Positions 18,545-28,222 of a stretch of 54,939 nt of DNA are shown here, piece after piece. The position numbers and the translations under genes are program-made. The number at the start of each line of letters is the position of its first letter. Within the stretch, counting starts at the first letter, position 1. The notes beneath the pieces are model-generated. The model was given only the letters and a program-made list of their open reading frames with translations. It had not been told where the DNA came from and searched no databases. The stretch lies in the sequence record SRR31156797_10130. One strand, written 5' to 3'.

Positions 18545-20293
18545 TTACAGCTGCTCTGCCTGCATTTGATACATTTGCTGATAGATTCCTTGCCCTTGGA
18601 CAAGACTCGAATGGGTTCCCCGTTCCACGATCTTCCCTTGATCCAAGACCAAGATTTGATCTGCTTGTTTGATCGTTGACAAACGGTGAGCGATCATAAA
18701 GGTCGTCCGTCCTTTTTGCAAGATGGTCATCGCCTTTTGAATGATGGATTCTGTTTCAGTGTCCACATGGCTCGTCGCTTCATCCAGAATCAAGATTTTC
18801 GGATCAAACACTAATGCACGGGCAAAACTGATCAGCTGGCGTTCTCCACTAGAAAACTCATTGCCTTTTTCAACGACTGGATGATGGATGCCTTTTTCGT
18901 AGCGGCTCAAAAGGTAGTCAGCGCCGACTTGTTTCAAGGCATCGATAATCATCGCTTCGGTGATCGTTGGATCGTTCATTCCGATGTTGCTGGCGATCGT
19001 TCCAGTAAATAGATAGGGATCTTGCATGACGATCGCCATTGAATCTCTTAAACTATGACGATCAAAATCAGCGATCACTTGTCCATCCACAACGATTTTT
19101 CCGTGCTGCGGATCATAAAAACGGAACAACAGGTTCAAAATACTCGATTTTCCAGAACCAGTATGACCGACTAGAGCAATGGTCTCTCCTGCGGCAACGT
19201 CAAAGTTGATATCGTGCAAGATCGCTTGCTCAGGATCGTAGCCAAAGGTCACCTGTTGGAAAGAAACATCGCCATTCGTGACAGTCAGCTGCTCACTTTG
19301 TTGTTTTTCAACCGGCTGATCAGCAAACTCAAAGACCCGCTGTCCGGCAGCCAATGATTGCTGCACATTGGTGATGGTTTGGACAAGCCCTTCGATGGGA
19401 TCATACAGGCGGTTGATGTAATCAATAAAGGCATACAGCAAGCCTGCTGAGATCGCCAAGCGGCCATCAAGGAAAAAGGCGGCCAAGGTCGTGATCAAAA
19501 TCAAGATCGTTGAGTTTCGCAACAAATTGCCTAATCCCCAAGCGATACTTGAATCGAGTAAGAGGTATTTGCGTCCGGTTTTGAACCATTTCTCTACTGT
19601 TTCATTAAATTCTTTCTGCAACTGCTTTTCTCGTTGGAAGGCTTGGATTATCGCCATTCCTTGGACAAATTCATTTAACTGCCCACTGATTTGTGAGATG
19701 TATTCCCGCATTGCTAAATTGTAACGAGAGGCATATTTGGTGTAAAAATGCTGCCAGATTCCTAAAATCGGGATCAGGATCAGCATCGCTGCTCCTAAGG
19801 TGCGGTTCAAAAGAAATAATGCAATAAACGCACCAATGATTTGGATGATGTTGCTTAACAAATTACTGATCACGATCACGTAGAAATTAGACCGCAAAAC
19901 TTCGGTGTCATTCGTAATCCGTGCGACGACTTTACCAGCTGGGATCTGGTCAAAGTAAGAAACCGGTAATTTGTGCATATGGTCAAAAAGCTGATCCCGC
20001 ATTTTTTTGACAATACTGTTGGACATTTTTCGCAATTGCAGCAAGCTGATATAACGAAAGAGGGAACCAATCAAATTGACCAGCAAATACCCAGCGAGTA
20101 ATTGGATCAAAAGCATCGTGTTTAGGTTTCTGCTGTCAACCGCCGGTGTCATCACTCGGTCGATCAGCTGTTTGGCAATCAGTGGTGAAGTCAGCTCGAG
20201 CGCTGCTGCTAGCAACAGCAAGATCGCGCCCACGGTAAATTGTTTTTTATAATAGCTCAAATACGTGAGCAAACGCTTAATCGTTGAGAACAC
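18545..20293 (-). CDS. Heterodimeric multidrug ABC exporter subunit (BmrD/YheH-like)
   Basis: TMD plus NBD; GHTGSGKS, degenerate signature FSSGERQ, ILDEATS. Confidence 0.92.
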   Translation of the reverse strand: MFSTIKRLLTYLSYYKKQFTVGAILLLLAAALELTSPLIAKQLIDRVMTPAVDSRNLNTMLLIQLLAGYLLVNLIGSLFRYISLLQLRKMSNSIVKKMRDQLFDHMHKLPVSYFDQIPAGKVVARITNDTEVLRSNFYVIVISNLLSNIIQIIGAFIALFLLNRTLGAAMLILIPILGIWQHFYTKYASRYNLAMREYISQISGQLNEFVQGMAIIQAFQREKQLQKEFNETVEKWFKTGRKYLLLDSSIAWGLGNLLRNSTILILITTLAAFFLDGRLAISAGLLYAFIDYINRLYDPIEGLVQTITNVQQSLAAGQRVFEFADQPVEKQQSEQLTVTNGDVSFQQVTFGYDPEQAILHDINFDVAAGETIALVGHTGSGKSSILNLLFRFYDPQHGKIVVDGQVIADFDRHSLRDSMAIVMQDPYLFTGTIASNIGMNDPTITEAMIIDALKQVGADYLLSRYEKGIHHPVVEKGNEFSSGERQLISFARALVFDPKILILDEATSHVDTETESIIQKAMTILQKGRTTFMIAHRLSTIKQADQILVLDQGKIVERGTHSSLVQGQGIYQQMYQMQAEQL

Positions 20294-22031
20294 TTGTATC
20301 GTCCTCCTTTAACTGTTGATGGTAATACTGTTCTTGGTACCAGCCTGGCGTTTCGATCAACTCCTGATGGGTACCACGCTGTGTGATCCGTCCGTCTTCT
20401 AAGACGATGATTTGATCCGCTTCGGTGATGGCGGACAATCGATGGGTCACGATGATGGAGGTCGGTGCCTGCTTCATCGTTTTCAAATTCGTGATGATGG
20501 CTTGTTCCGTTTTGGCATCAACTGCCGAAAGGGCATCATCCAGTAAGAGGACTTCACTGTTTCGTAAAAACGCCCGTGCTAAGGACAAGCGTTGTTTTTG
20601 TCCACCAGACAGGGAAACGCCTTTCTCACCGACGACCGTTTCGAGCCCTTCTGGCATCCGCTTGATGTCTTCACTAAAGCAAGCGGCTTCCAGTGCTTCC
20701 CACAACACTTCTTCTGAAGCATCTGGCTGTCCGAATAGCAAGTTCTCGCGAATTGTTCGTGAAAACAAGGTATGTTCTTGCGGCACTTCTGCAAAGTGGT
20801 TGCGCACTGCTGTTGTTTGATAGGTCGTCAACGGCTGCTCGTTAATCAAGGGTACTTGATCAGAGTATGGATAGCGGTGACCGAATTGTCTTAGCAGCGT
20901 CGTTTTTCCGCTACCGGTCTTCCCAACGATCCCTAAGACTTCTCCACGAGTGATCGTCAAATCCAGTCCTTCTAACACATAACGAGCTGCTTGTGGGTAT
21001 TGGAAATGGTATGCTTCAAAACGGATCGTATTGATGGCTTGCAGGTCGGCTTCACCAGGAGTTTCTAATTCATCACCCGTCTGCAGCACTTCATTGATCC
21101 GACGCCAGGATGCGGCACCTTGTTGCATCACATTCACAAGATCTCCTGCTGAGATCATCGGCCAAACGACCATTGTCAAGTACACTTGGAAAGAGACCAT
21201 CGCACCGATGGTGATCGTTTGGTTGGCAACAAGAAACGCCCCGACACCAAAGCTCATCACAAAACTGATCGCTAAGATGATGGTAATCAGCGGCCCGAAA
21301 CGGGAATCGATCTCAGAAACGATATTGTTTTTTGCTCTTGTTTCCAGTGTTTTCTTTTGAAACTGTTCCGTGGTGGCTCCTTCTAGTCCATAAGCTCGGA
21401 CGACCCGAATGCCATCAATGATCTCCAACACTTCACTGTTCATCTCAGAAACAGAATTCTGCGCTTCCGTAAACGCCTTATCGACTTGCGAGCCCCATTT
21501 GAAAATGTAATAGGCTAAAAGCGGCATTGGAATCAAGGCAATCAAGGTCAATAGCCAAGAAACCGTCCCAGCCATCATCGCCACGATAAAACTTAGATAC
21601 AAACTAGTATTTAAGAAAACCATCAGTCCATACCCCACGGTCATCCCCATCACTTGGACATCGTCACTGGAACGAGTCATTAAATCGCCTGTTCGGAAAC
21701 GATGGTAAAACGGCGCCCCCATTTTAAGAAAGTGGCTCATCAATTGTTCCCGCAATTGTTTTTGCAAATCGTAGGAACCAATAAATAAATTAAACGTCCA
21801 AACAAATTCGGCCAGATATCCTAACAAGATAGCTCCGGCAAAGAGGGTCACGTATTGGACCAGTACCGAATAATCAAAATTATCTTGGATCAGCGCATCA
21901 ATGAATAAGCGCAAGATATAGATTGGTGCGACATACATCGCACTAGCAATAACCATAAAGACGAATACGAAGGTATAGCGCACCTTATGTTCTTTAAAAT
22001 ACGTTGTTAATTGTTTTAATACATACTTCAT
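20277..22031 (-). CDS. Heterodimeric multidrug ABC exporter subunit (BmrC/YheI-like)
   Basis: TMD plus NBD; GKTGSGKT, LSGGQKQR, degenerate Walker B LLDDALS. Confidence 0.92.
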   Translation of the reverse strand: MKYVLKQLTTYFKEHKVRYTFVFVFMVIASAMYVAPIYILRLFIDALIQDNFDYSVLVQYVTLFAGAILLGYLAEFVWTFNLFIGSYDLQKQLREQLMSHFLKMGAPFYHRFRTGDLMTRSSDDVQVMGMTVGYGLMVFLNTSLYLSFIVAMMAGTVSWLLTLIALIPMPLLAYYIFKWGSQVDKAFTEAQNSVSEMNSEVLEIIDGIRVVRAYGLEGATTEQFQKKTLETRAKNNIVSEIDSRFGPLITIILAISFVMSFGVGAFLVANQTITIGAMVSFQVYLTMVVWPMISAGDLVNVMQQGAASWRRINEVLQTGDELETPGEADLQAINTIRFEAYHFQYPQAARYVLEGLDLTITRGEVLGIVGKTGSGKTTLLRQFGHRYPYSDQVPLINEQPLTTYQTTAVRNHFAEVPQEHTLFSRTIRENLLFGQPDASEEVLWEALEAACFSEDIKRMPEGLETVVGEKGVSLSGGQKQRLSLARAFLRNSEVLLLDDALSAVDAKTEQAIITNLKTMKQAPTSIIVTHRLSAITEADQIIVLEDGRITQRGTHQELIETPGWYQEQYYHQQLKEDDTSVLND

Positions 22032-22063
22032 GTTTTATCCCTCACATTCTAAAAAAGTACACA

Positions 22064-22098
22064 AAAAAGCTCTGTCCCTTCGGAAAAAGGACAGAGCA
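22064..22098 (-). terminator. Attenuator terminator in the ABC exporter leader
   Basis: GCTCTGTCC/GGACAGAGC stem plus T6, about 30 nt before the start codon. Confidence 0.85.
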
Positions 22099-22130
22099 TA
22101 AACGTCGTTATTATAGACATTATCTGTACA

Positions 22131-22199
22131 CTAATGGTTACCGAATGAGGGATTCACTTTATTCAATTTGGTTGTTTTTTTATCAAATACTTTTTGCAT
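22131..22199 (-). CDS. Putative leader peptide MQKVFDKKTTKLNKVNPSFGNH (BmrB-analogous)
   Basis: Strong SD AAGGAGG 8 nt upstream; ends just before the leader terminator. Confidence 0.65.
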   Translation of the reverse strand: MQKVFDKKTTKLNKVNPSFGNH

Positions 22200-22494
22200 C
22201 GTAATCCCTCCTTCTCTTTTTATTTTGCTGACTACACCTAACACTTTACAGATAAGTTTCTGAGAATGCAACAACTTTTATTAATTTTCTTTAAAAAAGA
22301 TTGACTTTTCTAAAAACACAGATGTGAAAACAGCCCTTTTTAACAACCTTTTTTTGAAAACGAATTCCTGTTTTACCCCAAGAGTTGCAACGATTTTGGC
22401 TAAAATAAAAAAACAGATGCCCTTCTCTTCAACAAACGCTGTTTGATCAGCACACTTGGTTGAAAAAAAGTTCCTCTGTTTTCTTACTACCTGT

Positions 22495-24138
22495 TTATTC
22501 TGTGACAGATGCTAGGCGATAGGATACTGTTCGTCCAAAAGGAAACACTTGCACCCCTTGCAAACGATCTGTTTTCAAATACGCCACCGCCCCTTGATAT
22601 AACGGCAAAACGGCTGTATCTTCAACGATCAATTGTTTTTCCAGTTCTTTCAATAAGTCCCAACGTGCAGCTGGGTCGTTTGCTAAAGTCGTCCGTGCTT
22701 CTGCTAACCCTTGATCGTAACTTTCACTAGCATACCCAGACGTATTCAAGCCACCTGTTGAATCATAAAATTCTAAGAAGTTGATCGGGTCCGCGTAATC
22801 TGGTGTCCAAGTCCCAAAGACGAGATCAAATTCACCTTGGGATTGCAAGTCCAAACGGTTTTGTAAAGGAATCGACTTGGCATCGATGGTTAATCCCGGC
22901 AAATTGGTTTCTAACTGCCCTTGGACAAACTCGATGGTTTTCTTGGCTGCTGCTGTATCTGCTGACAACAGTTCCAAAGTGATTTCGTCTTGTCCCAACT
23001 CTTCTTTGGCTTGTGCCCAAAGCTCTTGTGCGGCTGTTAAATCGTACGGCAGTAAATCGCCATTTTCTTCACGAAAATCTTGGTCTGTTTCAGGATCTTT
23101 GGCAAAGTTGCTTGGCACAAAGCCGTTCAATGCAGTGGACCCATCACCTAAGATATTTTCGGCAAATGCCTCTTTGTCCATGGCTTGTAAAATTGCTTGA
23201 CGTACTTTGACATTGCCTGTGACTTCTCGTTTTTGGTTGGCACTTAAATACCCCACTAGCGCCTTTGGCACATAGTTGGCTTGAGCTGAGTTTTGGTATT
23301 GCTGCGCGTAAGTATCCGTTAAGGTGGTGTAGTCCAGTTCTCCTGTTTCAAAAAGGCTGACACCAGTCGCCGTTTCCTTCACTACTTGCACGTCGATCTT
23401 GGTCAATTGGACATTCTCAGCATCCCAATAATCAGGATTTTTCGTTAACGTCCATGATTCGTTGGTCCCGTTCCACCCTTCGATCAAGAATGGGCCATTG
23501 CCGACAAAATTTTCCGCTGATAACCCATAATCGGCACCTTTTTCTTCAGCAAACGCTTGGTTTTTTGGCATAAAAGGTGTCCCGACCAAAATTTGATCCA
23601 GATACGAGATTGGACTTGCCAATGTCAGCTCTAACGTCTGCTGGTCCAATGCTTTGGCTCCTAACTCACTCACCTCAACGTCCCCTTGACGCACTTGACT
23701 GCCATTTTTCAACACATCCATTTGATTACTGCTACTAGAACCATTCTCTGGATTAGCAACATATTGAAAGGCGTAGACAAAATCATCCGCAGTAACAGGA
23801 TCGCCATTGCTCCATTTTGCATCACGAATGGTGAAGGTATAAACCAGTCCATCTTCTGATACCGTAGGCTCTTCAGCGGCCATCGCAAGCTCAGGATCCC
23901 CCTCTTGATCCAGACGGTATAACCCTTCTGCCACTTGTCCGATCATATCGGAGCTATTGACATCCGTGTATTGTCCGCTATCAAGGGTTGATAAGGCGCC
24001 AGCGGTTGACACTTGAATTTCTTGCGCAACGGCTCCTTGCTCCTCTTGCTGTCCAGAATCCGTCGTGGGGCTCGTGGTACTGCAGGCACTTAAAACCAAT
24101 ACTGTGAAAGCAGTGATACCCATCATTCTCTTTTTCAT
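22495..24138 (-). CDS. oppA: Oligopeptide ABC transporter substrate-binding lipoprotein (second paralog)
   Basis: Lipobox LSAC; YTFTIRDAKWSNGDPVTADDF and WTPDYADP motifs; start reassigned to ATG 24138 after AGGAGG. Confidence 0.92.
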   Translation of the reverse strand: MKKRMMGITAFTVLVLSACSTTSPTTDSGQQEEQGAVAQEIQVSTAGALSTLDSGQYTDVNSSDMIGQVAEGLYRLDQEGDPELAMAAEEPTVSEDGLVYTFTIRDAKWSNGDPVTADDFVYAFQYVANPENGSSSSNQMDVLKNGSQVRQGDVEVSELGAKALDQQTLELTLASPISYLDQILVGTPFMPKNQAFAEEKGADYGLSAENFVGNGPFLIEGWNGTNESWTLTKNPDYWDAENVQLTKIDVQVVKETATGVSLFETGELDYTTLTDTYAQQYQNSAQANYVPKALVGYLSANQKREVTGNVKVRQAILQAMDKEAFAENILGDGSTALNGFVPSNFAKDPETDQDFREENGDLLPYDLTAAQELWAQAKEELGQDEITLELLSADTAAAKKTIEFVQGQLETNLPGLTIDAKSIPLQNRLDLQSQGEFDLVFGTWTPDYADPINFLEFYDSTGGLNTSGYASESYDQGLAEARTTLANDPAARWDLLKELEKQLIVEDTAVLPLYQGAVAYLKTDRLQGVQVFPFGRTVSYRLASVTE

Positions 24139-24166
24139 TTTTCTCCTCCTTGCGTGATCCTCTTTC

Positions 24167-24877
24167 TTACAATACGTCAACGACATACTTGAAAACCGCT
24201 TGTTCTTGTATAAGCGCATCATAGGCAAAATCAGGATGCCATTGAACCGCCAACAAGCGCTGACCCACGTGTTCAATGCCTTCAATGATGCCATCAGGAC
24301 TCCAAGCTGTCTTTTGCAATGGACGAGCCAATCGATCCACCGCTTGATGATGAAAGGAATTAACCTTTGTTTTTTGACCGTAAACACGAGCCAACATGCT
24401 TTTTTCAGCCGTCACGATGGCATGGGTCGGCACTTCTTTCGGAATCGGCGCCTGCATATGAATGATCTCACTGAAGGTACTGATGTCTTGCTGCAGCGTG
24501 CCACCGAATGCCACGTTGACCAGCTGCATTCCCCGACAAACCGCAAAAATTGGTTTCTTTTGCAGCAGCGCTTCATCGATCAGCGCTAGTTCAAACTCAT
24601 CCCGTGCCAACAAGCCGCTTCCAGTTGCCTGATGGGCCTCCTGCCCATAAAACTTGGGTGAAACATCTTGTCCACCAGCTAATACCAGTTTATCGATCTG
24701 TGAAACATAGTCCTTGGCTGCAGCTGGCTCACTGATTGGTACGAGCAATGGCAGTCCGCCCGCTTGCTGGATCGCTCGCACATACCCTAATGGTGTGTAG
24801 GCGATCGGCAAATGATGCAGCACATCGCCAGCATCTTGCACTTCATTCGCAGCGATCCCTATAATTGGTTTGCCCAT
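24167..24877 (-). CDS. Gamma-glutamyl-gamma-aminobutyrate hydrolase family (peptidase C26, PuuD-like)
   Basis: GGQDV, AVCRGMQ nucleophile, VNSFHHQ and VQWHPD motifs. Confidence 0.9.
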   Translation of the reverse strand: MGKPIIGIAANEVQDAGDVLHHLPIAYTPLGYVRAIQQAGGLPLLVPISEPAAAKDYVSQIDKLVLAGGQDVSPKFYGQEAHQATGSGLLARDEFELALIDEALLQKKPIFAVCRGMQLVNVAFGGTLQQDISTFSEIIHMQAPIPKEVPTHAIVTAEKSMLARVYGQKTKVNSFHHQAVDRLARPLQKTAWSPDGIIEGIEHVGQRLLAVQWHPDFAYDALIQEQAVFKYVVDVL

Positions 24878-25127
24878 CGACATCCCTCCCTGATTAACGA
24901 TTTTTTCAGAAAAAAGCGGTATCTAGCAGTTGAACAAGGCAAGCGCCGCACTTTTTCTCAAGATATGTTTCAACTATTCTAAACCAATCCGCACTTTTTG
25001 TGAAACACTATTTTCACTTTCGCGATCATTTATTACAATCACCATTCTATTTAACCCCCTCTTTGATAAGCAATAAAGAACACCGCTAGTCAGATATAGT
25101 TGAATTTTGCCAATGCTTTCTCTACGT

Positions 25128-25165
25128 AAAAAAACATGCGAGAAGCCGTTGCTTTCCGCATGTTT
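25128..25165 (-). terminator. Intrinsic terminator
   Basis: AAACATGCG/CGCATGTTT stem with a minus-strand T-tract. Confidence 0.7.
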
Positions 25166-25170
25166 CGTCA

Positions 25171-25629
25171 TTAAAATAATCGATTGTCTTTTAAAAACTC
25201 CAGCATCTGTGTTTTTAGGGGATCTTTTTCATTACGGATCGACTTTGTTTGCGTCGTTTCATCAAGTGTCGATGGCCGCTTTTTAGGAAAAGGCGCCGCT
25301 GGTTCTTCTGCCAACTCTATGATTTGGAAGCTATCCACCACCACTTCTGCCGCACAAAGTCTCTGACCTTCTGGTGTTTCATAAGGACAGCCTTGCAAGT
25401 GTCCATTGATTTTGATACTTGCCCCTTTTTGAGTATACCGTAAAAAGGTCTCTGCCTGTTTTCCATGAATGACGCAAGCAAACCATTCATGGTGCACTTC
25501 TTCACTGTTTTGCCATTGAGACACAATGACAAGATCAAAACGTACGCCCTGATCGTCCGCCGCATCAAACGCTTCTTTACTAGGCATCTCTGCGATTTTC
25601 CCAGTAAGAACCACTTTATTCATTGCCAC
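25171..25629 (-). CDS. Single-stranded DNA-binding protein paralog (OB fold)
   Basis: MNKVVLTG, G.QAE....Y..KG..I.I.G.L and EVVVD motifs; start GTG 25629 or ATG 25623. Confidence 0.8.
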   Translation of the reverse strand: MAMNKVVLTGKIAEMPSKEAFDAADDQGVRFDLVIVSQWQNSEEVHHEWFACVIHGKQAETFLRYTQKGASIKINGHLQGCPYETPEGQRLCAAEVVVDSFQIIELAEEPAAPFPKKRPSTLDETTQTKSIRNEKDPLKTQMLEFLKDNRLF

Positions 25630-25829
25630 GTTGCATCCTCGCTTTTCTCTCATTTCTTGAGTGATCTTAACTTATGCGACCTATTCTACCACATTCCAAA
25701 AAACAAGCAATCAAAGGTCGAATGGCTTAAGAAATGCTTTGAACAAAATGAACCAACTCAAAGAATTCATCTGATCCTGCCAATAATGTGCGATTTTCTG
25801 ACTGAAAACTTCTCTTTGCTCCAGACAGC

Positions 25830-25868
25830 AAAAAAACAGTTGGTTCAATCCCCCTCTGAACCAACTGC
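25830..25868 (-). terminator. Terminator of cluster 1 operon
   Basis: CAGTTGGTTCA/TGAACCAACTG plus a T-tract on the minus strand. Confidence 0.8.
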
Positions 25869-25881
25869 CTTTTGCGGATTT

Positions 25882-26943
25882 TTATTTAGCAAAGGAATCT
25901 TGACTACCATAGCGATCAAAATGGAGGGTTTCGCTTTCGAGATAATCGATGATCGCTTTGGGGATTATGACCCCTTCTTGCTGGGCTTTTTCAAAGTGTA
26001 TTTGGCTGATCTCTCCAGGATAGTAGACTTGTGATTGCCCTTCTACTGGCGGGATTGCATGCAGCTCAGTCACCATCTGATCGATGCTTTGCTTGAAGGT
26101 TTCGGTGTTGGTAAAACGAGATGGATCAATCACAAGAAGGAATTGTCCTAAGCGGCGTTTTTCCGTCAAGTCCGCATACATGGAGGTGACCTGTTTACCA
26201 AAAGCCAAGCCTAGCATCGAGCCAGCTAAAATATCCACCATCATCATCAAGCCATATCCTTTAGCACCAGCGATTGGCAATAATCCTTGGACAGCATAGG
26301 GATCGGTGGTAGGCAAGCCATGCTCGTCTACTGCCCAAGTATCGGGGATCTGCTGCTTCTTCGAGCGAGCGTCCAAAATTTTGCCCCACGCTTGAACCGT
26401 CGTCGCCATATCAAAAACCACCGGTGGATGATTGGCTCGTGGTGCAGCAAACGCGATTGGATTGGTGCCAAAATAGTTTTCGGTCCCACCAAAAGGCACC
26501 GCCATCGGATCCGATTGACACATGGCGATCGCTACTAAGTCGGCTTCAGCAGCCTGTTTGACGTAATACGCCATCGTCCCGCTATGGCTGGTCTGCTCGA
26601 TTCCTACTGCAGCGATCCCGGCTTCTTTTGCCAGATGAATGGCGATCGCCATCGCTTCATTGCACACATAATGCCCCATGCCGTTATCTCCGTGGAAAAT
26701 TCCGGTAGCGGCGCCTGTTTTTTCAAAAGACATGTTTGGTTCCAGCGTGATGCCACCTTTTACTAAACGCTCGGCATAGTAGTCCATCCGCACGGCACCA
26801 TGAGAATGGATCCCGCAAGCATCCGCAAAGGTCAAATGCGCCGCTGTTTCACTGGCAGCGGCTTCTGGCAAACCAGCAGCCAATAGTTTCTTTTTCATCA
26901 ATGCTTCTAATTCCAGCAGAGAACGTCTGCTCATTTCTTCCAT
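25882..26943 (-). CDS. allD: Ureidoglycolate dehydrogenase (Ldh_2 family), copy 1
   Basis: GIHSHGAVR, SHSG, FGTNPIAF, DMATTVQAWGK and KGYGL motifs. Confidence 0.9.
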   Translation of the reverse strand: MEEMSRRSLLELEALMKKKLLAAGLPEAAASETAAHLTFADACGIHSHGAVRMDYYAERLVKGGITLEPNMSFEKTGAATGIFHGDNGMGHYVCNEAMAIAIHLAKEAGIAAVGIEQTSHSGTMAYYVKQAAEADLVAIAMCQSDPMAVPFGGTENYFGTNPIAFAAPRANHPPVVFDMATTVQAWGKILDARSKKQQIPDTWAVDEHGLPTTDPYAVQGLLPIAGAKGYGLMMMVDILAGSMLGLAFGKQVTSMYADLTEKRRLGQFLLVIDPSRFTNTETFKQSIDQMVTELHAIPPVEGQSQVYYPGEISQIHFEKAQQEGVIIPKAIIDYLESETLHFDRYGSQDSFAK

Positions 26944-26991
26944 CTTTTCTCCTCCTTAGAAAAAGAGAAGCACGCTTGGCAACGGCTTCTC

Positions 26992-28209
26992 TTATTGATT
27001 AAACACGCGATAATCCAGTTCATCGGCTGACTTAGCGATCAGCAGCGCTGAATAGACGTCTGAGTTCACGTTCAAAATTGTCCTCAGCATGCCAACAAAC
27101 CATTCGACACCAGCAAATAGCGCAATGCTTTCGATTGGTAAACCAAGCTGGGGAATGATGATTGCCAAGGAAACTAACCCCGCTCCGGGAACAACTGCAT
27201 TGGCTAAAGAAACGAAAGTCGCAGTTACAGCTACCGTCACCATTTGGATCCCGTCAAAGTTGATTTGATACATTTGGGCGATTGTCATGACGGTAATCGC
27301 CATATGCATCGCTGACCCATTGCTGTTCAAAGACATGCCCAATGGCAATACCAAATTGGTGATGCGGCTACTGAGTCCTAATTTGTTCTGGGATTCTTCC
27401 ATAGCGATCGGCAGCGTGATGGCAGAGGAGGTTGTCGCCAATGCCATGACCGACATATTCTTCATGTTTTTGATCAATCGTAACGGATTGATCCGACAAT
27501 ACACGGTCAATAAGACTAGCCACAGCCCAAGGAACGTGACGGTGGCTAGACCGTAGACGAGCAAATAGCTGCCTAATGGCAAAATGATCTGCAAGCCCAG
27601 GGAGCTGATTGTTGAAGCGATCAAAGCAAAAATACCGATTGGTGCCACGATCATCACGTAACGAATGATAGCAATGACAACCTCATTTAGATCCACGATC
27701 AGCCCATAAAGAGATGACTCAGGTTTCTTTTGCATAAAGCGATTGAGAGCAACACCAAAGAACAACCCAAAAACGATGATTTGAATAATTGACCCTTTAC
27801 TCAACGCATCGAAAATATTCGTGGGAATAAAGTTGATCACAGTCTCTGATATAGAAATTTCTTGTGCTTGCAGAGGTTCGCCGGCAGCTTGTGAAAAGTC
27901 GATCCCTTTGCCTGGAGCAAAGAAGAGCGCCATCAGCACGCCCCATGCAGCAGCGAATAAGGAGGAAATCCCAAAGACAGCGATCGTTTTTCCACCCAAA
28001 CGAGTGAGTTCTTTCGGGGCAATCCCCCCAACTGCTTGAATGATTTGTCCAACGATCAATAACGGGATCGCCATTTGCATCAGACGCAAGAAAAGATCGC
28101 CCAAGATTTTTAGGAATGAAGCGGCTTGCCCAAAGAACAAACCGCAAAGAATCCCTAGAAGAACGGCAATAACGATCTGCGTCACCATCGGTAGTTTTTT
28201 TGCTTTCAC
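26992..28209 (-). CDS. Dicarboxylate/amino acid:cation symporter (DAACS), copy 1
   Basis: ATTSSAITLP, LPLGMSLNSNG and MLRTILNVNSD motifs; GTG start. Confidence 0.9.
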   Translation of the reverse strand: MKAKKLPMVTQIVIAVLLGILCGLFFGQAASFLKILGDLFLRLMQMAIPLLIVGQIIQAVGGIAPKELTRLGGKTIAVFGISSLFAAAWGVLMALFFAPGKGIDFSQAAGEPLQAQEISISETVINFIPTNIFDALSKGSIIQIIVFGLFFGVALNRFMQKKPESSLYGLIVDLNEVVIAIIRYVMIVAPIGIFALIASTISSLGLQIILPLGSYLLVYGLATVTFLGLWLVLLTVYCRINPLRLIKNMKNMSVMALATTSSAITLPIAMEESQNKLGLSSRITNLVLPLGMSLNSNGSAMHMAITVMTIAQMYQINFDGIQMVTVAVTATFVSLANAVVPGAGLVSLAIIIPQLGLPIESIALFAGVEWFVGMLRTILNVNSDVYSALLIAKSADELDYRVFNQ

Positions 28210-28222
28210 TTTGATCCCCTCT

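Noticed and set aside
24139-24387. 630-aa long form of the second OppA
   Set aside because: The extension overlaps the C26 gene; the SD and lipobox give a start at 24138.
25465-26034. 189-aa plus-strand ORF
   Set aside because: It is antisense to ssb and allD, crosses a terminator, and has no recognisable motif or SD.
25140-26991. 13-nt inverted match GAGAAGCCGTTGC (25140-25152 and 26991-26979)
   Set aside because: Both copies are parts of separate terminator-like hairpins, and there are no transposase or target duplications; likely chance.
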